A DNA stretch of 64,000 bases from Microbacterium sp. (lineage in GTDB: Bacteria; Actinomycetota; Actinomycetes; Actinomycetales; Microbacteriaceae). The stretch lies in the NCBI RefSeq assembly GCF_052102115.1, contig NZ_JBQDVP010000007.1, positions 1,605 through 65,604 of the forward strand. The letters are read 5' to 3'. Numbering within the stretch: the stretch's first letter is position 1; every line of letters starts with the position of its first letter. The notes under the pieces were generated by a model. The model saw nothing but the letters and a program-made list of their open reading frames with translations, was not told where the DNA came from and did no database searches. Positions 29,307 to 39,333 of this stretch are shown in pieces. Both the position numbers and the translations under genes were made by a program.

Positions 29307-30269
29307 ATGAGCACCCTCAGGAATGAGGCTGTGCGCGTGCGGGGACGGGATGCGCGTGAGAGCACCCCGTCCCCGCGGCGCGGACGGCGCCTGCAGCGAT
29401 GGCTGGGGGAGAACCCGATCGGTCTGCTGCTGAGCAGCCCGTACATCCTGTTCGTCGTCGTGGTCTTCCTGGTCCCCTTCGGCTTCGGCGTCTGGATGTC
29501 GTTGCATGACTTCTTCTTCACCGCACCGGGCGTGCAGGTCGAGCATCCGTTCGTCGGATTCGACAACTTCGCCACCATCTTCACCGATCCGCTGGTGCGC
29601 CAGTCGTTCCTGAACCTGCTGGTCTTCCTCGTCATCAACGTGCCGCTGACGGTCGTGCTCGCGCTCGTGTTCGCCATGGGGCTGAACTCGGTCATCCACT
29701 GGAAGGGCTTCTTCCGGGTCTCGTACTACATCCCGTATGTGACGGCCTCGGTTGCCACCCTCACGGTGTGGATCTTCATGTTCAGCGGCAACGGCGTGGT
29801 GAACAAGTTCCTCGGTGATCTCGCCCCCGACCCGTCATGGCTCGCGAACCAGGGGCTGATCATGCCGTTGATCGCGGTGTACGTCACCTGGAAGAACCTG
29901 GGCTTCTTCATCCTGCTCTACCTCGCCGCTCTCCAGAACGTCCCCGCCGAACTGCATGAGGCGGCCGAGATGGATGGTGCCGGCATCTGGCAGCGCTTCC
30001 GCTCGGTGACGCTGCCCTCGGTTCGGCCGGTCACCTCGCTGGTCGTTCTGCTGTCGATCATCACGACCGGGCAGATCTTCACCGAGCCGTATCTGCTCAC
30101 CGGAGGCGGCCCCAACGGGGCCTCGATGACGCCCTCGCTGCTGATGTACCAGAAGGGGATTCAGCAGGGCCAGCCCGACATCGCAGCCGCGATCGGAATG
30201 GTTCTCGTGATCGTCGTGATGCTGTTGTCCCTCGCCTCCCGGCGCGTGACGGAAGGGAAGAACCGATGA
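29307..30269 (+). CDS. Sugar ABC transporter permease
   Basis: EAA motif (EAAEMDGAGIWQRFRSVTLP). Confidence 0.9.
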   Translation: MSTLRNEAVRVRGRDARESTPSPRRGRRLQRWLGENPIGLLLSSPYILFVVVVFLVPFGFGVWMSLHDFFFTAPGVQVEHPFVGFDNFATIFTDPLVRQSFLNLLVFLVINVPLTVVLALVFAMGLNSVIHWKGFFRVSYYIPYVTASVATLTVWIFMFSGNGVVNKFLGDLAPDPSWLANQGLIMPLIAVYVTWKNLGFFILLYLAALQNVPAELHEAAEMDGAGIWQRFRSVTLPSVRPVTSLVVLLSIITTGQIFTEPYLLTGGGPNGASMTPSLLMYQKGIQQGQPDIAAAIGMVLVIVVMLLSLASRRVTEGKNR

Positions 30270-31150
30270 GCGCCACCTCGGAGACCGTCCCCGCAGGGCG
30301 CGCCCGCTCCTCGTTCGGCGCCCGCGTCATGATCGGGCTGCGGTTCGCGTTGCTGGTGCTGGGGGCGATCATCTCGCTGCTGCCGTTCTACTACATGATC
30401 ATCGGCGCGCTGCAGAAGCAGCGTGACACGAGCTTTCTCGGCCTGCTCCCGCTGCCCGGCAATCTCACCCTCGACAACTTCGTCGATGTCAATGAGTCGC
30501 TGAATCTGCTGCAGTCCCTGGGGAACTCGCTGATCATGACGGCCGGCGTCATGGGCTGCACTCTCGTGTTCGGACTGCTCGTCGGATATGCGCTGTCGAT
30601 CCTGTCATTCCGCGGACAGGGGCTGGTATTCGCGCTCGTCCTGCTCGTGCAGGCGATCCCGTTCCAGTTGCTGATGGTGCCGCTGTACGTCATGGTCGTG
30701 CGGTACTTCGGGCTGGCGGACACATATGTCGGCATGATCCTCCCGTTCGCCGTCAATTCCGTCGCCGTGCTGATCTTCCGGCAGTACTTCATGCAGATCC
30801 CCAAGGAGATCTTCGACGCCGCGCGCATCGACGGAGCCGGAGAGTTCACCATCCTGCGCACCATCGCCGTGCCCCTGGTGCGCCCTGCGGTGCTCACCGC
30901 GATGCTCGTGACGTTCATCGGACCGTGGAACGAGTTCCTGTGGCCCTTCCTGGTGACCAAGGATGCCTCGATGCAGCCGCTCGCGGTGAGCCTGGCCAAC
31001 TTCTCCCAGGCCAACTCCACGTTCCAGGACAACCCGATGGGCGCCGTTCTCGCCGGGGCTTGCGTGCTCGCCATACCGGCGGTCGTGTTGTTCATCCTCT
31101 TCCAGCGCCACTTCACTTCGGCGAATCTAGGGTCGGCCGTCAAGGGCTGA
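30266..31150 (+). CDS. Sugar ABC transporter permease
   Basis: DAARIDGAGEF motif, WNEFLWP. Confidence 0.9.
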   Translation: MSATSETVPAGRARSSFGARVMIGLRFALLVLGAIISLLPFYYMIIGALQKQRDTSFLGLLPLPGNLTLDNFVDVNESLNLLQSLGNSLIMTAGVMGCTLVFGLLVGYALSILSFRGQGLVFALVLLVQAIPFQLLMVPLYVMVVRYFGLADTYVGMILPFAVNSVAVLIFRQYFMQIPKEIFDAARIDGAGEFTILRTIAVPLVRPAVLTAMLVTFIGPWNEFLWPFLVTKDASMQPLAVSLANFSQANSTFQDNPMGAVLAGACVLAIPAVVLFILFQRHFTSANLGSAVKG

Positions 31151-31192
31151 CCGCTGCGCCTCCACCCCTGAGATCCCACGAGGAAAGACTCT

Positions 31193-32272
31193 GTGAACGC
31201 AACAAAACTCTCTGTCGCCGTGCCCTACGACCTGCGTCGGATCGGCACGATCATGTCGCCCGAGCCCGGTGATCCGTTGGAGGTCGAAGGCGTTCTGAAT
31301 CCGGCGACCGCGTGGGGGAAGGATGGCGAGCTCTACCTCTTCCCGCGGATGGTGGCCGAGGGCAACGTCTCCAGGGTCGGCCGTGCCCGTGTCGTGATCG
31401 AGAACGGCGTGCCCGTCGGCGTCGAGCGGATGGGCGTGGTCCTCGAACCCGATGAGGGGTGGGAGCGCGGAGCTGCCAATGCGGGCGTCGAAGATCCCCG
31501 GATCACCTTTGTCGAGCCGCTCGGGCTGCATGTGATGACCTACATCGCGTACGGCCCGCTGGGCCCGAAACCCGCACTCGCGGTCTCCGAGGACACCGTC
31601 CACTGGCGCCGTCTCGGGCCGGTCCGCTTCGCATATCAGCCGGAGCTCGACACCGATCTGAATCTGTTCCCGAACAAGGACATCGTCTTCTTCCCCGAGG
31701 CGGTCACCGGACCGGACGGAAGACCGGCGCTCGCGGTGCTGCACCGTCCGATGTGGGATCTGGACTGGCTCCGCCCCGGCGAGGGCGCTCCGACCCCGGC
31801 GGGAATCGATGACGATCGCCCCGCGATCTGGATCGGATTCGTGGATCTCGACAGCGCTCTGCGCGACGTCGCATCCCTCGTGCTCGTCGAGAACTCATCG
31901 CAGCTGGCCGCATCCATGTTCCCCTACGAGGACTCGAAGATCGGCGGGGGGCCCGCCCCGTTGCGTGTTCCCGAGGGGTGGCTCGTGCTGCACCATGGGG
32001 TGACCGGCGCGAACACGAAGGGCTTCGAGCTCGCTTACGGTGCCCGCTACACGGCCGGAGCGATGCTGCTGGACGCGGATGACGTCAGTCGGGTCATCGC
32101 CCGCACTTCGGAGCCGTTGCTTGCGCCCGAGACCGACGATGAGATGACCGGCACCCTCGGGAACGTGGTCTTCCCCACCGCCATCGAGCAGATCGGCGAT
32201 CGGCGATTCGTCTTCTACGGGATGGCGGACTCGAAGATCGGCGTTGCGGAGCTGACACGCGTTGATGGGTGA
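31193..32272 (+). CDS. GH130 family glycosidase/mannoside phosphorylase
   Basis: LNP, GVEDPRIT, NKD, LHRP, KIG, HHG and VVFPT motifs of GH130. Confidence 0.8.
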   Translation: MNATKLSVAVPYDLRRIGTIMSPEPGDPLEVEGVLNPATAWGKDGELYLFPRMVAEGNVSRVGRARVVIENGVPVGVERMGVVLEPDEGWERGAANAGVEDPRITFVEPLGLHVMTYIAYGPLGPKPALAVSEDTVHWRRLGPVRFAYQPELDTDLNLFPNKDIVFFPEAVTGPDGRPALAVLHRPMWDLDWLRPGEGAPTPAGIDDDRPAIWIGFVDLDSALRDVASLVLVENSSQLAASMFPYEDSKIGGGPAPLRVPEGWLVLHHGVTGANTKGFELAYGARYTAGAMLLDADDVSRVIARTSEPLLAPETDDEMTGTLGNVVFPTAIEQIGDRRFVFYGMADSKIGVAELTRVDG

Positions 32273-33698
32273 TCTCTCGCACATCTTCAAGGCATACGAC
32301 ATCAGAGGCGTCGTGCCAGACCAGTTCGACGCGCTGCGTGCACGCGTCATCGGACAGGCCTTCGTCGAGACGGTCGTACGCAGCGTCGAGACGCGAACGA
32401 GTGTCGTGGTCGGCAGGGACATGCGCTCAACCGGTCCCGAGCTGGCCGCCGCTTTCGCCGAAGGCGCACGAGCGGCCGGTGCGGTCGTGCACGACGTCGG
32501 ACTGTGCTCGACCGATGAGCTCTACTTCGCCTCCGGCCATCTGCAAGCCGCGGGGGCGATGTTCACCGCGAGCCACAATCCCGCCGAGTACAACGGCATC
32601 AAACTGTGCCTGCCGGGTGCGCGTCCTGTCGGACAGGACACCGGGCTTCGCGACGTCGAGCAGCGCGCACAGGAACTCCTCGACGACCCGGCATCCATCG
32701 TCTCGGTGGGGGGATGCGAACCTGTGGACGTTCTCGGCGCCTACGCCGCGCACCTGCGCGGGCTCGTCGACCTGGCCGGTTCCCGTCCCCTGCGTGTCGT
32801 GGTGGATGCCGGCAACGGGATGGCCGGTCTCACGGTTCCCGCGGTCCTCGGGGATGCGGCGGGCCTGCCCGCGCTGCCGGTGGAGATCATCCCGCTCTTC
32901 TTCGAGCTCGACGGTCGGTTCCCGAATCACGAGGCCAACCCGATCGTGCCGGCGAACACTGCGGCCCTCCAGACCGAGGTCGTGCGCCGCGGCGCCGACC
33001 TGGGACTCGCGTTCGACGGCGACGCCGACCGGTGCTTCGTCATCGACGAGCGCGGTCACCGCGTCGATCCGTCCGTCCTGACCGCTCTCATCGGCCTGCG
33101 CGAGTCCCGTCGCGTGAGGGCGCACGGCGAGCAGCCTGTCGTCCTGCACAACCTGATCACGTCGCGGTTCGTGCCCGAGGTCCTCGCCCGCGACGGCGTC
33201 CGCACGGTCCGCACCCGTGTCGGACACTCTTTCATCAAGACGCTGATGGCGAGCGAGAACGCGGTCTTCGGCGGAGAGCACAGCGGGCACTACTACTTCC
33301 GCGATTTCTTCGGCGCTGATTCCGGGCTGCTCGCGGCGATGCACGTCCTGTCCGCGCTCGCCACGGACACCCGGCCCCTGTCCGTCGTCGCCGGAGAACT
33401 GGACCCGTACTCGCGGTCCGGCGAGATCGACCTGCCCGTGCAGGACGTCGAGGCCGCGCAGCGGGCTCTCATCGACGGCTTCCGCGCCGACGATCCCGCC
33501 TCCGGACTCGAGCTGGACACACTGGACGGAGTGATGATCTCGCACTGGGACGACGACATCGCCTCCGCAGACCGGTGGTGGCTCAGCATCCGGCCATCCA
33601 ATACCGAGCCGCTCCTGCGGCTGAACATCGAAGCGGCGTCGACCGAGGCCGTGCACGCGCGGCGAGAGAAGGCACTCGCAGCGTTGCGTCGACACTGA
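32265..33698 (+). CDS. Phosphomannomutase/phosphoglucomutase
   Basis: TASHNP phosphoserine, FDGDADR metal loop and GEHSGHY. Confidence 0.9.
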   Translation: MGDLSHIFKAYDIRGVVPDQFDALRARVIGQAFVETVVRSVETRTSVVVGRDMRSTGPELAAAFAEGARAAGAVVHDVGLCSTDELYFASGHLQAAGAMFTASHNPAEYNGIKLCLPGARPVGQDTGLRDVEQRAQELLDDPASIVSVGGCEPVDVLGAYAAHLRGLVDLAGSRPLRVVVDAGNGMAGLTVPAVLGDAAGLPALPVEIIPLFFELDGRFPNHEANPIVPANTAALQTEVVRRGADLGLAFDGDADRCFVIDERGHRVDPSVLTALIGLRESRRVRAHGEQPVVLHNLITSRFVPEVLARDGVRTVRTRVGHSFIKTLMASENAVFGGEHSGHYYFRDFFGADSGLLAAMHVLSALATDTRPLSVVAGELDPYSRSGEIDLPVQDVEAAQRALIDGFRADDPASGLELDTLDGVMISHWDDDIASADRWWLSIRPSNTEPLLRLNIEAASTEAVHARREKALAALRRH

Positions 33699-33770
33699 CG
33701 CGCAACCGGACGCACCGCTTCACGAGAGCGCCGTGCGTGCGCCCCATACAACGAAGTAAGGAGACACGAG

Positions 33771-36700
33771 ATGAGATCCAGCCCCTACGCGAGACGGCTC
33801 ACCGCCGGCATCGCCGCACTCGCCGTCGTCGGCGGCGGTGCGCTGATCGCGCCCACGGCGGCTCTGGCCGCGCCGGAGGAGGAGGTGAGCACTGCGTACC
33901 TCGCAGACGGATCAGAGGCGCAGCAGCGCTGGCTGTCGGTCCCGGACTCCCGCATCGTGCTCAACCCCTTCGATTCCGGCGGATCAGGAAGCGAACTCGA
34001 TCAGACCTCCGGCCCTGCCCTGCCGCTTCACCTCGGCTACTACGCGAACGACAAGGCGCTGCACCACAAGCGCCTGCTCGAGACGTATGCGACGTCCGGA
34101 GAGCGCCCCGACGGCGCGGCCTATCGCACCGCGTTCTCGGAATCGTTCGACGACGCGCAGGACTGGTCGTCTTCGGGCGTCGCCGCCGAGTCGGAGGGCG
34201 GCATCACCACCCTTGCGCTGGAGGGCGCGAATCAGTGGGGACACATCGCACGAACCGTGGATGTGGCCGACATCTCGGACACGCGATTGCTGACCGTCGA
34301 TGTGGCATCCCTCAGCGCGGACACGAGCTGGAACGTGAAGGTCGCCGACGGCGACGGAGAAGATCTGGCCGAACTCCAGCCGGACTCGACGGACACCGGA
34401 TCCGTCACTTTCGACCTTGCCGACGCCTATGACTGGACGAGCGGCCCGCATCGACTCACGATCAGGATCTATGCGGTCAACAAGTCCGGCGAGCCGGGCG
34501 GCACGGTCTCGTTGCGGTCGATCGCGCTGCACAACGACGGCGAACTGCCCTGGGCCGGGGCGTCGGACGCACTCGTGGACGACCTCGACGACGCGACGGA
34601 ATGGGCGACGGCCGAGAGCTCCGGGTACTCCGCGAGCATCTCCTCCGATGGTGCGCAGTCGACGGTGCGGCTGGGCGAGCACGACTTCGGTGCCGTCGAG
34701 CGGCGCTTCACGGTCGACCTGGCCAGCACTCGGCTGCTGAGCATCAGGGTGGCCGAGACCTCCGGCGAGTGGGCGCTCAAGCTCTCCACCGGCAGCGGCG
34801 ATGACGTCACGGTGCAGCCGGACACCTCTCAGACGGGCGTGCTCACCTACGATCTCGAGGCCGCGACGGGGTGGAGCGGCGAGCAGACGTTCACGGTGAA
34901 GCTGTTCCACATCGGCAGGGGAGGTCACACGACCTTCGATGATCTGGCCTTCCATTCCGGTTCGCCCTGGCTGCAGACGGCGAGCTCGTACGAGAACACC
35001 TGGCATCCGCAGGCGCTCGAATCGCTCGGCAGCTACGCCGAGGGCACGATCGGCACCGCTGATGTCTTCCATGACGAGGACTCGTTCTCGAGGACTGTGA
35101 CGGCCACGACCTCAGCGGCGCTCGCCGGAGCATACGAGGGTGCGGCCACCTGGGATCAGGACAGCGAGATGCTGACGGTCGTGCGAACGGACGAGACGTT
35201 CTCGCTCGCGCTGCCGGAGGGCGTCGACATCCGTTTCGGCGCATCCGTGGCGGAGCTCTCCACCGGTGGCGGGTCGTCCGAGCCTCTTGCCGGAAGCGGC
35301 GCGTGGGCCGCGTCGCTGCCCGACGACTCCGGCACCGCGTCGATCGGACTCGGGTTCGCCGTCAATGATCAGCGGGTCACGGATGACGCCGTCGCCGCGT
35401 CGCAGCAGCGTGCCGCGGCCGCTGCGCAGGACCCGGCGGGCGACCGCGACGAGTGGACCTCGTTCTGGGATCGCTATCTGGCGTCCGTGCCTCAGGTGCA
35501 GGACTTCTCGGTCCAGCGCGTCGCCGATGGGGGTGTGACCGGCGACGAGATGCGCCACTTCTGGTTCAAAGCCTGGGTCAATCTCGAGATGAACGTGCTT
35601 CCGGCGACGCCGGAGACCGGGAACGAGTACGCGCAACTGGGCACGGGCAAGCCATCCATGTGGATGAACGGCACCCCGGGGACGAAGAACGTCGCCAGCT
35701 GGGATTCCCTGCTGGGGATGCAGCAGCTGGTGTACGTGGACCCCGAGAACGCCTGGGCGTCCTTCCAGGGCATGATGGCGCTGGTCGAGGACGGTCCCGA
35801 TGCGACCGAACCGAGCGACGAGGAGTACGGCACGCGAGGCGAGCTCGGCGGTGAGTCGTTGCCGTCGCGGAAGGCGCAGACGGCGTGGATCCTCTACTCG
35901 GTCACCGGAGATCGCGAGAAGCTCGAGGGCATCTACGACGCCCTCGCGCTGCACCTGAACTGGGAGCGCTACAACATGCGGTGGGTGCTCGGTGAGAACA
36001 ACCACTTCGACGAGCGCGACAGCGAGTTCGTCACCTCGCTCGCCTACGATCTCGAGTTCGCGATCAAGATCGCCGACCTGCTCGGTCGCGATGCGGATGT
36101 CGAGCGGTACGAGTCGATCATCTCGGAGATCAGTGCGAGTTACGCGGACTGGTTCTTCCCCACCGGGGCGGATGCCGACGGCAAGGTCTGGGACACGGTT
36201 CAGAAGGTGTATCTGGATGCGTCGCGCGACGAGGTGCCCTTCGGGGACGACACCGAGGGAAGTCCGTTCCGCAACGAGGACGGCCAGTGGGTTCGTCCGG
36301 GGTTCTCGTTCTACACCTCGACGGCCTTCGTCATGGATCAGCTCGACGAGCACTCGATGGTCAAGGTGATGGACCGCTTCCTCTCCGACTACGACGAGAC
36401 CGAGCAGCTCGCAGGGCTGGGGGACTTCGCCGTCAAGGCGCCGGACATCCAGCTGATCGCGTACGGTCTGCTCGACATGGAGCCCGTCTCCGGTTCGTCC
36501 GAGCCGGAGCTGCGCGACCGCGCCTCGGTGCTGGTCAACGCCATCATCCGTGACATGGTGCGCAGCGGGTGGTTCGCCGAGGTCTACTACGCAGGCGGAG
36601 AACCGGGGGATTCCGTGGGGGCACGAGGCGTTCGTCCATCGCTGTTCGGGATCTCGAACTACATCGACTTCGTCATGATGGCCAACGGGGTTCGCACCGA

Positions 36701-37142
36701 CGCCGGAGACCCGACGTTCGTCCGGCTCGACGGCGCGACGGGCGGGGTCAGCGGCCTGACCTATCTCGGTGAGTCGCTCGATGTCGATATCGACGGGTCC
36801 TCGATCCGGTTCGCCGGCGATGCGGCGGTCGACGTCTGCGACGCCATCGACGCGCCCGTCGGGAAGTCCGTCACGTGGGCCGATTGCGCCGACGACTCGG
36901 ACGGCTCCGACGGCACGGACGGCACAGGTGGTTCGGATGATTCGGATTCCGGATCCACCGGCGGCGAGGACGGTTCCGCATCCGCGGATGACGATGGAGC
37001 GCTGGCGACCACCGGTGCTGACACGTCCGGCATCCTGCTCGCCGTCTTCATCGCTCTCGCTCTCGCCGCAGCGGGGACGGCCCTCGTGCGGCGGCGAAGC
37101 GCCGCAGTGACCGGCGGATCCGCGGGGTCGCAGGACGACTGA
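33771..37142 (+). CDS. Large secreted, sortase-anchored putative (alpha/alpha)6 glycoside hydrolase with two tandem beta-sandwich repeats
   Basis: Signal peptide, two ~135-aa repeats ending in PW, WDS and FAEVY motifs, acidic linker, then LATTG + TM + RRR. Confidence 0.6.
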   Translation: MRSSPYARRLTAGIAALAVVGGGALIAPTAALAAPEEEVSTAYLADGSEAQQRWLSVPDSRIVLNPFDSGGSGSELDQTSGPALPLHLGYYANDKALHHKRLLETYATSGERPDGAAYRTAFSESFDDAQDWSSSGVAAESEGGITTLALEGANQWGHIARTVDVADISDTRLLTVDVASLSADTSWNVKVADGDGEDLAELQPDSTDTGSVTFDLADAYDWTSGPHRLTIRIYAVNKSGEPGGTVSLRSIALHNDGELPWAGASDALVDDLDDATEWATAESSGYSASISSDGAQSTVRLGEHDFGAVERRFTVDLASTRLLSIRVAETSGEWALKLSTGSGDDVTVQPDTSQTGVLTYDLEAATGWSGEQTFTVKLFHIGRGGHTTFDDLAFHSGSPWLQTASSYENTWHPQALESLGSYAEGTIGTADVFHDEDSFSRTVTATTSAALAGAYEGAATWDQDSEMLTVVRTDETFSLALPEGVDIRFGASVAELSTGGGSSEPLAGSGAWAASLPDDSGTASIGLGFAVNDQRVTDDAVAASQQRAAAAAQDPAGDRDEWTSFWDRYLASVPQVQDFSVQRVADGGVTGDEMRHFWFKAWVNLEMNVLPATPETGNEYAQLGTGKPSMWMNGTPGTKNVASWDSLLGMQQLVYVDPENAWASFQGMMALVEDGPDATEPSDEEYGTRGELGGESLPSRKAQTAWILYSVTGDREKLEGIYDALALHLNWERYNMRWVLGENNHFDERDSEFVTSLAYDLEFAIKIADLLGRDADVERYESIISEISASYADWFFPTGADADGKVWDTVQKVYLDASRDEVPFGDDTEGSPFRNEDGQWVRPGFSFYTSTAFVMDQLDEHSMVKVMDRFLSDYDETEQLAGLGDFAVKAPDIQLIAYGLLDMEPVSGSSEPELRDRASVLVNAIIRDMVRSGWFAEVYYAGGEPGDSVGARGVRPSLFGISNYIDFVMMANGVRTDAGDPTFVRLDGATGGVSGLTYLGESLDVDIDGSSIRFAGDAAVDVCDAIDAPVGKSVTWADCADDSDGSDGTDGTGGSDDSDSGSTGGEDGSASADDDGALATTGADTSGILLAVFIALALAAAGTALVRRRSAAVTGGSAGSQDD

Positions 37143-37153
37143 ACGGTCTGATC

Positions 37154-37195
37154 CGCAGTGCGGGGCCGGTGCTGATGCGCCGGCCCCGCACTGCG
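37154..37195. terminator. Bidirectional hairpin between convergent genes
   Basis: 16-bp perfect stem CGCAGTGCGGGGCCGG / CCGGCCCCGCACTGCG. Confidence 0.75.
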
Positions 37196-37208
37196 TTCGG
37201 GCAGACCG

Positions 37209-37562
37209 CTACAGCGTGCTGAGCATCGCCTCGATCGCACGTCGCGCCTGGGCGGTGCGATCGGAATCGCGGTCGAAGTCGCTGAGGAACACGTTGCCCA
37301 TGGCCGCGGTGAGAATGCCCTCGGCCGCCCACGCGCACTGCTCGGGGGATGCTGCGGCATGAGCCTGGCCCACAAGCGTCACGATCCTCGCTCGGGTGGC
37401 GCGGTGCGCTTCGGCGAGCACTGCCGCGATTCGCGGGTTGGTCCGTGCGATCTCGACGAGTCCGAGCACGATGGCGTCCTCATCGCTCGACTCCGTGAAT
37501 GCGCCGCCGAAGAAGTAGTCGAGCGCCTTGTCGAGCGACGAGACGTCTGCGGGAATGATGGA
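37209..37562 (-). pseudogene. TetR-like regulator, C-terminal fragment only
   Basis: Helical C-terminal domain (EIARTNPRIAAVL...AEGILTAAMG) with no HTH; abuts DUF1016 sequence at ~37563. Confidence 0.55.
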
Positions 37563-37563
37563 C

Positions 37564-37993
37564 GGAGGCCTGGCCGGACGAGGACGCAATTGTCCAACGG
37601 CCCGTTGGACAATTGCCGTGGGGGCACGTGATCGAGCTGCTCGACAAACTGGACGACCAAGAGTTGCGCGACTGGTACGCCGCGAAGGACGTTCATCACG
37701 GTTGGACCAGATCGGTACTCCAGCACCAGATCACCACTCGCTTACACGAGCGGGAGGCAGCTGCACCGAGCAATTTCGCTGGTGCGCTCGACCAACTCGA
37801 TTCCGAGCAGGCTCAGGAGATCACCAAGGACCCGTATGCACTGCAGTTCCTCGCAGTCGACAGCAATGCCTCCGAACGAGAACTCGAGCAACGCATGCTC
37901 GATCGGATCCTCGACACCATGCGCGAACTCGGACCAGGCCTGGCGTTCGTTGGGCGCCAGGTGCATTTCGATGTCGACGGCGACGACTTCTTC
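37564..37993 (+). pseudogene. YhcG/DUF1016 PDDEXK nuclease, middle fragment (5' deleted, 3' interrupted)
   Basis: EAWPDEDAIVQRPVGQLPWGH...WTRSVL.HQI...KDPYALQFL...ERELE...ELG.G.AFVGRQ...DDFF. Confidence 0.85.
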
Positions 37994-37995
37994 GC

Positions 37996-38024
37996 CGATT
38001 GTTCCGATTCTCGGATTATTCCGA
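37996..38024 (+). repeat. Left terminal inverted repeat CGATTGTTCCGATTCTCGGATTATTCCGA
   Basis: Exact reverse complement of 60957-60985 (29/29). Confidence 0.95.
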
Positions 38025-38215
38025 TCGCAGCGTGAACTGCCCTCGCCGGCGTGGCGAGTCAATCGACGGGCTCGGGATAACGAGCTGCTGTCGTTCGCGA
38101 GCGGAGCCCCGAGTGGCTATGCGTCCTCGCCCCTCGTACCCAGGACGAATACAGGGTGATGCCGCGCTCCGTTTGCAGTCGTCATCCGGCCTGGGCGTGA
38201 CCATCTCGGTCCTGC

Positions 38216-38507
38216 CGAGGTGTCTCAAAACCAACGATGAGTACATTCATCTGGCGCGTAGGATCCGCCCGGATGGCGGGGATCGATAAGGAGGTCGGCT
38301 ACCGATTCCTGCGTGACCGGTACCTCGAGCTGCGTCGTAGCGGCCTGAGCACCGGTGACGCGGTCGATGCGCTCGGGTTCCGTTCGAGTCGCGTGCCGGA
38401 CTGAGAAGCGTTGGTCGGGCGTGATGATCGCCATCATCTGCGGGTCGATCCATCACGAGAGCAGGTGTTCTGGGCAGCGTTCGAGTCCGGGGCGGACTGG
38501 TCCCAAG
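38216..38507 (+). mobile_element. Probable IS30-family left-end remnant (truncated N-terminal HTH region with a stop/frameshift)
   Basis: ARMAGIDKEVGYRFLR HTH-like segment. REQVFWAAFESGADWSQA resembles RVQFWVAIAAGKKTREA of the intact IS30 transposase at 61499-62896. Confidence 0.45.
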
Positions 38508-39303
38508 CGCCTCGACATCGGTTCGTACCCGCCTATGCAGTCGCGCCCGTGGATCGAGGAGCACGACAAGATGTTCCGCTGGTACGACTACTGGATCAAG
38601 GGCATCGACAACGGGATCATGGACGAGCCCGCGCTCAATGTTTTCGTAGAGGGAACGCGCGAGGTCGTCGGCGGCGCGCAGTGGCCGCCGAAGGACGTCG
38701 AGTACCGCTCGCTGTACCTGCGCCCGCGCGGCAAGCTGTCGACGGAGCCGGAGTCGATGACCGCGGAGCACGTCGCTGCGGACGGCTTCTACCAGGCGCC
38801 GCTCACGGTGACCGACAAGGTCGAGAAGCTCATCTGGTCGACGCCCGTGTTCGAAGAGGCGACCGAGCTGATCGGCACCGGCGCGGCGCACGTGTTCGCC
38901 GAGATCGACCAGGACGACACGAATTTCATCCTGCGGCTGTGGGACGAGGCCCCGAAGGCAAGCGCCAGCTGCTGACCACCGGTTTCTCAAGGCGTCGCAC
39001 CGCGAACTCGACACCGAACGCACCGCCGAGGGCAACCCGTGCCACCCGCAAACGCGCGCGGTGCCGGTCGAGCCTGGTGCGATCGAGGGGTACGTGCTGC
39101 GGGTCTACCCGTTCGCGGCGGTGTTGCTGCCCGGCCACCGGCTGACCGTCGAGCTGTCGAACAACGAGCCCTTCGTAGACGAGCACAACTCGCTGCTGCC
39201 GCCCGACGCGTTCCACCTGCCCGTTGGGCGACCGGTGACCCACAAGGTGTACCGTGACGCGCGGCATCCGTCTCGCCTCGTGCTGCCGTTCACAAAGGGC
39301 TGA
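38505..39303 (+). pseudogene. CocE/NonD-family hydrolase, C-terminal fragment with two frameshifts
   Basis: RWYDYWIKGIDNG...WPP...D.DDTNFILRL, then after shifts near 38953 and 38985 LKASHRELD...PVEPG...GHRL.VELS...PSRLVLP. Confidence 0.75.
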
Positions 39304-39333
39304 GTCCCCGCTTCTTTGAATTGTCTCGCGAAA

